A stretch of DNA of 32,000 nt from the NCBI GenBank assembly GCA_000217635.1, contig CP001817.1:90001-122000 (forward strand), in the 5' to 3' direction. The notes under the pieces are model-generated. The model saw nothing but the letters and a program-made list of their open reading frames with translations. It made no database searches and was not told the origin of the DNA. Position 1 is the first letter of the stretch; each line of letters starts with the position of its first letter. Made by a program: the position numbers and the translations under genes. Source of the DNA: Candidatus Saccharimonadota bacterium (GTDB lineage: Bacteria; Pseudomonadota; Gammaproteobacteria; Enterobacterales; Enterobacteriaceae). Of the stretch, positions 29,444-32,000 are shown one piece after another.

Positions 29444-31204
29444 ATGAAAAATATTTCAACTTGTTCCATTGTTTCTTCTTTATTTCAACATTTTGGAAAA
29501 GAAAATTTTTTTTCTCAAAAAACATATTTAGACTGTCCGGTATTGTGGATTGATCGTTCTTTATTGTTAAAAGTAATTCAATATATATATGATTTTAAAA
29601 ATAATACATATTCAATATTATTTGATTTACATGGTACCGATGAACGTTTACGAAAAAATCGTATTTTTCTTCCTGAAAATATTGATTTTTCTGTATTTTA
29701 TCACTTTCTTTCGATTTATGATAATAGTGATTTAATGATTAAAGTTGCTTTATTAAAAGATCATTTAAAATTACCAACCATATCATCTATTTTTTTAAAT
29801 GCTAATTGGTATGAACGTGAAACATGGGAAATGTTCGGAATAACTTTCACTAATCATCCGCATTTAACTAATCTTTTAATGCCAGGTAATTGGGTTGGAC
29901 ATCCATTAAGGAAAGATTATCCATCAAGAGCAACAGAGTTTGACTCATTTTTTTTTAATAAACAAAAAGAAGAATTAGCGATGGAAAATCTTAATTTTAA
30001 ACCAGAATCTTGGGGTTTAAAAGAAAGTCAAGATGGATTAGATTATATGTTTTTAAATTTAGGTCCAAATCATCCATCTTCTCATGGTGCTTTTCGTATA
30101 ATTTTACAATTATATGGTGAAGAGATTATTAATTGTGTTCCTGATATAGGATACCATCATCGTGGTGCAGAAAAAATCGCTGAAAGACAATCTTGGCATA
30201 GTTATATTCCATATACTAATCGTATTGAATATTTAGGCGGGTGTATTAATGAAATGCCATATGTTTTAGCAGTAGAAAAATTAGCTGGTATTACTGTACC
30301 CAGTAAAGCTGAAGTAATTCGTATTCTTTTATCTGAATTATTTCGTATTAATAGTCATTTACTATTTATTTCTACTTTTATTCAAGATACTGGTAGTATG
30401 AGTACCGTTTTTTTAGCTTTTACAGATAGACAAATCATTTATGATTTGATTGAAGAAATTACAGGTGCCCGTATGCATCCTGCATGGTTTCGAATAGGTG
30501 GTGTAGCAAAAGATTTACCAAAAAATTGGTCAATTTTATTAAAAAAATTTTTAAAATGGTTACCAAAACGATTAAATTTTTATATAAATGTAGCTTTAAA
30601 AAATAGTATTTTAATTTCTCGCTCTAAAGGTGTTGCATCATATAATCGTAAAAATGCGTTATCATGGGGAGTAACTGGTGCAGGATTAAGAGCCACAGGA
30701 ATTAATTTTGACATACGTAAATGGAGACCATATTCTGGATATCAGAATTTTGATTTTGATATACCAATTGGTGATAATTATAGTGATGCGTATACCCGTG
30801 TTTTATTAAAAGTTGAAGAGATTAGACAAAGTTTAAGAATATTGCAGCAATGTTTAAAAAATATGCCGTCAGGACCCTTTAAATCAGATCATCCATTATC
30901 AACTCCACCTAATAAGTCTAATACAATGCAACATATCGAAACTTTAATCACACATTTTTTACAGGTTTCATGGGGTCCAGTTATACCAGCGAATGAAAGT
31001 TTTCAGATGGTTGAGGCTTCTAAAGGTGTTAATAGTTATTATTTAATTAGTGATGGTAGTACAATGAGTTATCGTACTAGAATTCGTACTCCAAGTTTTG
31101 CTCATTTACAACAAATTCCTGCAGTAATTAATGGATCGTTAATATCAGACTTAATTGTTTATTTGGGTAGTATTGATTTTGTGATGTCTGATGTTGATCG
31201 TTAA
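29444..31204 (+). CDS. nuoC: NADH-quinone oxidoreductase fused subunit C/D
   Basis: 586 aa with very high identity to the E. coli fused NuoCD ([72 protein letters not shown] ... [13 protein letters not shown]). It appears intact. Confidence 0.96.
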   Translation: MKNISTCSIVSSLFQHFGKENFFSQKTYLDCPVLWIDRSLLLKVIQYIYDFKNNTYSILFDLHGTDERLRKNRIFLPENIDFSVFYHFLSIYDNSDLMIKVALLKDHLKLPTISSIFLNANWYERETWEMFGITFTNHPHLTNLLMPGNWVGHPLRKDYPSRATEFDSFFFNKQKEELAMENLNFKPESWGLKESQDGLDYMFLNLGPNHPSSHGAFRIILQLYGEEIINCVPDIGYHHRGAEKIAERQSWHSYIPYTNRIEYLGGCINEMPYVLAVEKLAGITVPSKAEVIRILLSELFRINSHLLFISTFIQDTGSMSTVFLAFTDRQIIYDLIEEITGARMHPAWFRIGGVAKDLPKNWSILLKKFLKWLPKRLNFYINVALKNSILISRSKGVASYNRKNALSWGVTGAGLRATGINFDIRKWRPYSGYQNFDFDIPIGDNYSDAYTRVLLKVEEIRQSLRILQQCLKNMPSGPFKSDHPLSTPPNKSNTMQHIETLITHFLQVSWGPVIPANESFQMVEASKGVNSYYLISDGSTMSYRTRIRTPSFAHLQQIPAVINGSLISDLIVYLGSIDFVMSDVDR

Positions 31205-31246
31205 ATAAAAATTTTAAAAATATAATTAATTATAGGAAATTTAATT

Positions 31247-31716
31247 GTGTTTCAATTAAGTAAAACTGAAATTTCAGAAATCAATATAAAAAAAAACATT
31301 ACTCTGATATGAGAGCTGTTTCTATAGAAGCTTTAAAAATTGTTCAGAAAAATAGAAAATGGATATGTACGGATGCAATTCTTTCTATTGCTACTATTTT
31401 AGGTATTTCAGCGGAAGAGGTAGAGGGTGTAGCGACTTTTTATTGTCACATCTTTCGTCAACCTGTAGGGCGTAATATAATTAAGTATTGTGATAGTGTA
31501 GTTTGTTTTATTAATGGATATTTAGATATTGAAAAAAAGTTAATGCAATTGTTAAAAATCAAAATTGGGGAAACAACACAAGACGGAAGATTTACTTTAT
31601 TACCAACATGTTGTTTAGGGGCATGTGATAAAAGTCCAGTATTATTGATTAATGAAGATATACATCATAACTTAACAGGTGATTGTATTTCTCATTTATT
31701 GGAAAAATATAAATAA
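31247..31716 (+). CDS. nuoE: NADH-quinone oxidoreductase subunit E, with a 5'-proximal frame jump at an A9 run
   Basis: ORF 31309-31716 matches E. coli NuoE from [13 protein letters not shown] onward ([41 protein letters not shown]). Upstream, GTG 31247 (AGGAAA 8 nt before it) opens [16 protein letters not shown], matching E. coli [24 protein letters not shown] (E. coli HYEDPRAAS) joins it only if the run 31288-31296 has 10 (or 7) As instead of 9. Confidence 0.85.
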
Positions 31717-31718
31717 AT

Positions 31719-32000
31719 ATGATGAAAAAAAAATCAGAAACACATCCTTTAACCTGGAGATTAGATGGATTATATACTCCTATTTGGATAGAGGAATATT
31801 CCAATAAAAATGGTTATAATGCATTGAAAAAAACATTAAAAACTTTAAGTTCTCAAGATATTATTTCATTAGTTACTAAATCTGGTTTAAAAGGAAGAGG
31901 GGGTGCTGGTTTCCCAACTGGTTTAAAATGGGAATTAATGGTAAAGAATTCTACTCCTCTTAAAAAACGTTATTTAATATGTAATGCTGATGAAATGGAA
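31719..32000 (+). CDS. nuoF: NADH-quinone oxidoreductase subunit F, 5' part (truncated by the window edge)
   Basis: [15 protein letters not shown].......W..EY...NGY.....L........I...[19 protein letters not shown].........YL.CNADEME matches the E. coli NuoF N-terminus. Confidence 0.92.
   Translation, partial: MMKKKSETHPLTWRLDGLYTPIWIEEYSNKNGYNALKKTLKTLSSQDIISLVTKSGLKGRGGAGFPTGLKWELMVKNSTPLKKRYLICNADEME

Noticed and set aside
1-32000. A search for CRISPR arrays, tandem repeats, insertion sequence or phage genes, toxin-antitoxin or defence loci, and rRNA/tRNA genes.
   Set aside because: None was seen. Every ORF longer than ~100 codons is a recognisable housekeeping gene, and the spacers are featureless A/T-rich sequence apart from the few hairpins and the promoter reported above.

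Overview
This window is extremely AT-rich and gene-dense, and looks like a reduced gamma-proteobacterial endosymbiont genome. G+C was judged by eye only, not computed. The gene order is aroH', thrS-infC-rpmI-rplT-pheS-pheT-ihfA, glyS-glyQ (minus), nfo, rplY, a dedA/yabI-family gene (minus), rsmA/ksgA-apaH, carB-carA-dapB-ileS (minus), rpsT, dnaJ-dnaK (minus), nuoA-B-CD-E-F'. That order matches what I recall for Buchnera aphidicola. The rpsT-to-ksgA stretch is also collinear with the E. coli 0-1 min region, with several genes deleted. I saw no rRNA, tRNA, CRISPR array, insertion sequence or phage gene. The accessory content is essentially nil. The feature worth a second look is a dense set of one-nucleotide reading-frame jumps at A/T homopolymers, about 22 sites in 10 genes. 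Several sites come in tight compensating pairs or a triple, so the ORF stays open but a short patch is read in a non-ancestral frame (thrS, glyS, dnaJ, nuoA, carA). Others are uncompensated: nuoB has three, nuoE and apaH one each, and carA, dapB, glyS and dnaK each have one at the 3' end. These could be slippage-dependent genes, real compensated frameshifts, or homopolymer assembly errors, and sequence alone cannot decide. Secondary observations:
- The ThrRS and PheRS-beta editing-site residues are degenerate.
- A sigma-32 promoter upstream of dnaK is strongly conserved.
- infC keeps its AUU start and rpsT its UUG start.
- Eroded gaps sit where surA/pdxA, apaG, folA, ispH/lspA and ribF lie in E. 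coli.
All homology statements come from by-eye comparison with E. coli protein sequences recalled from memory. No database search was run.
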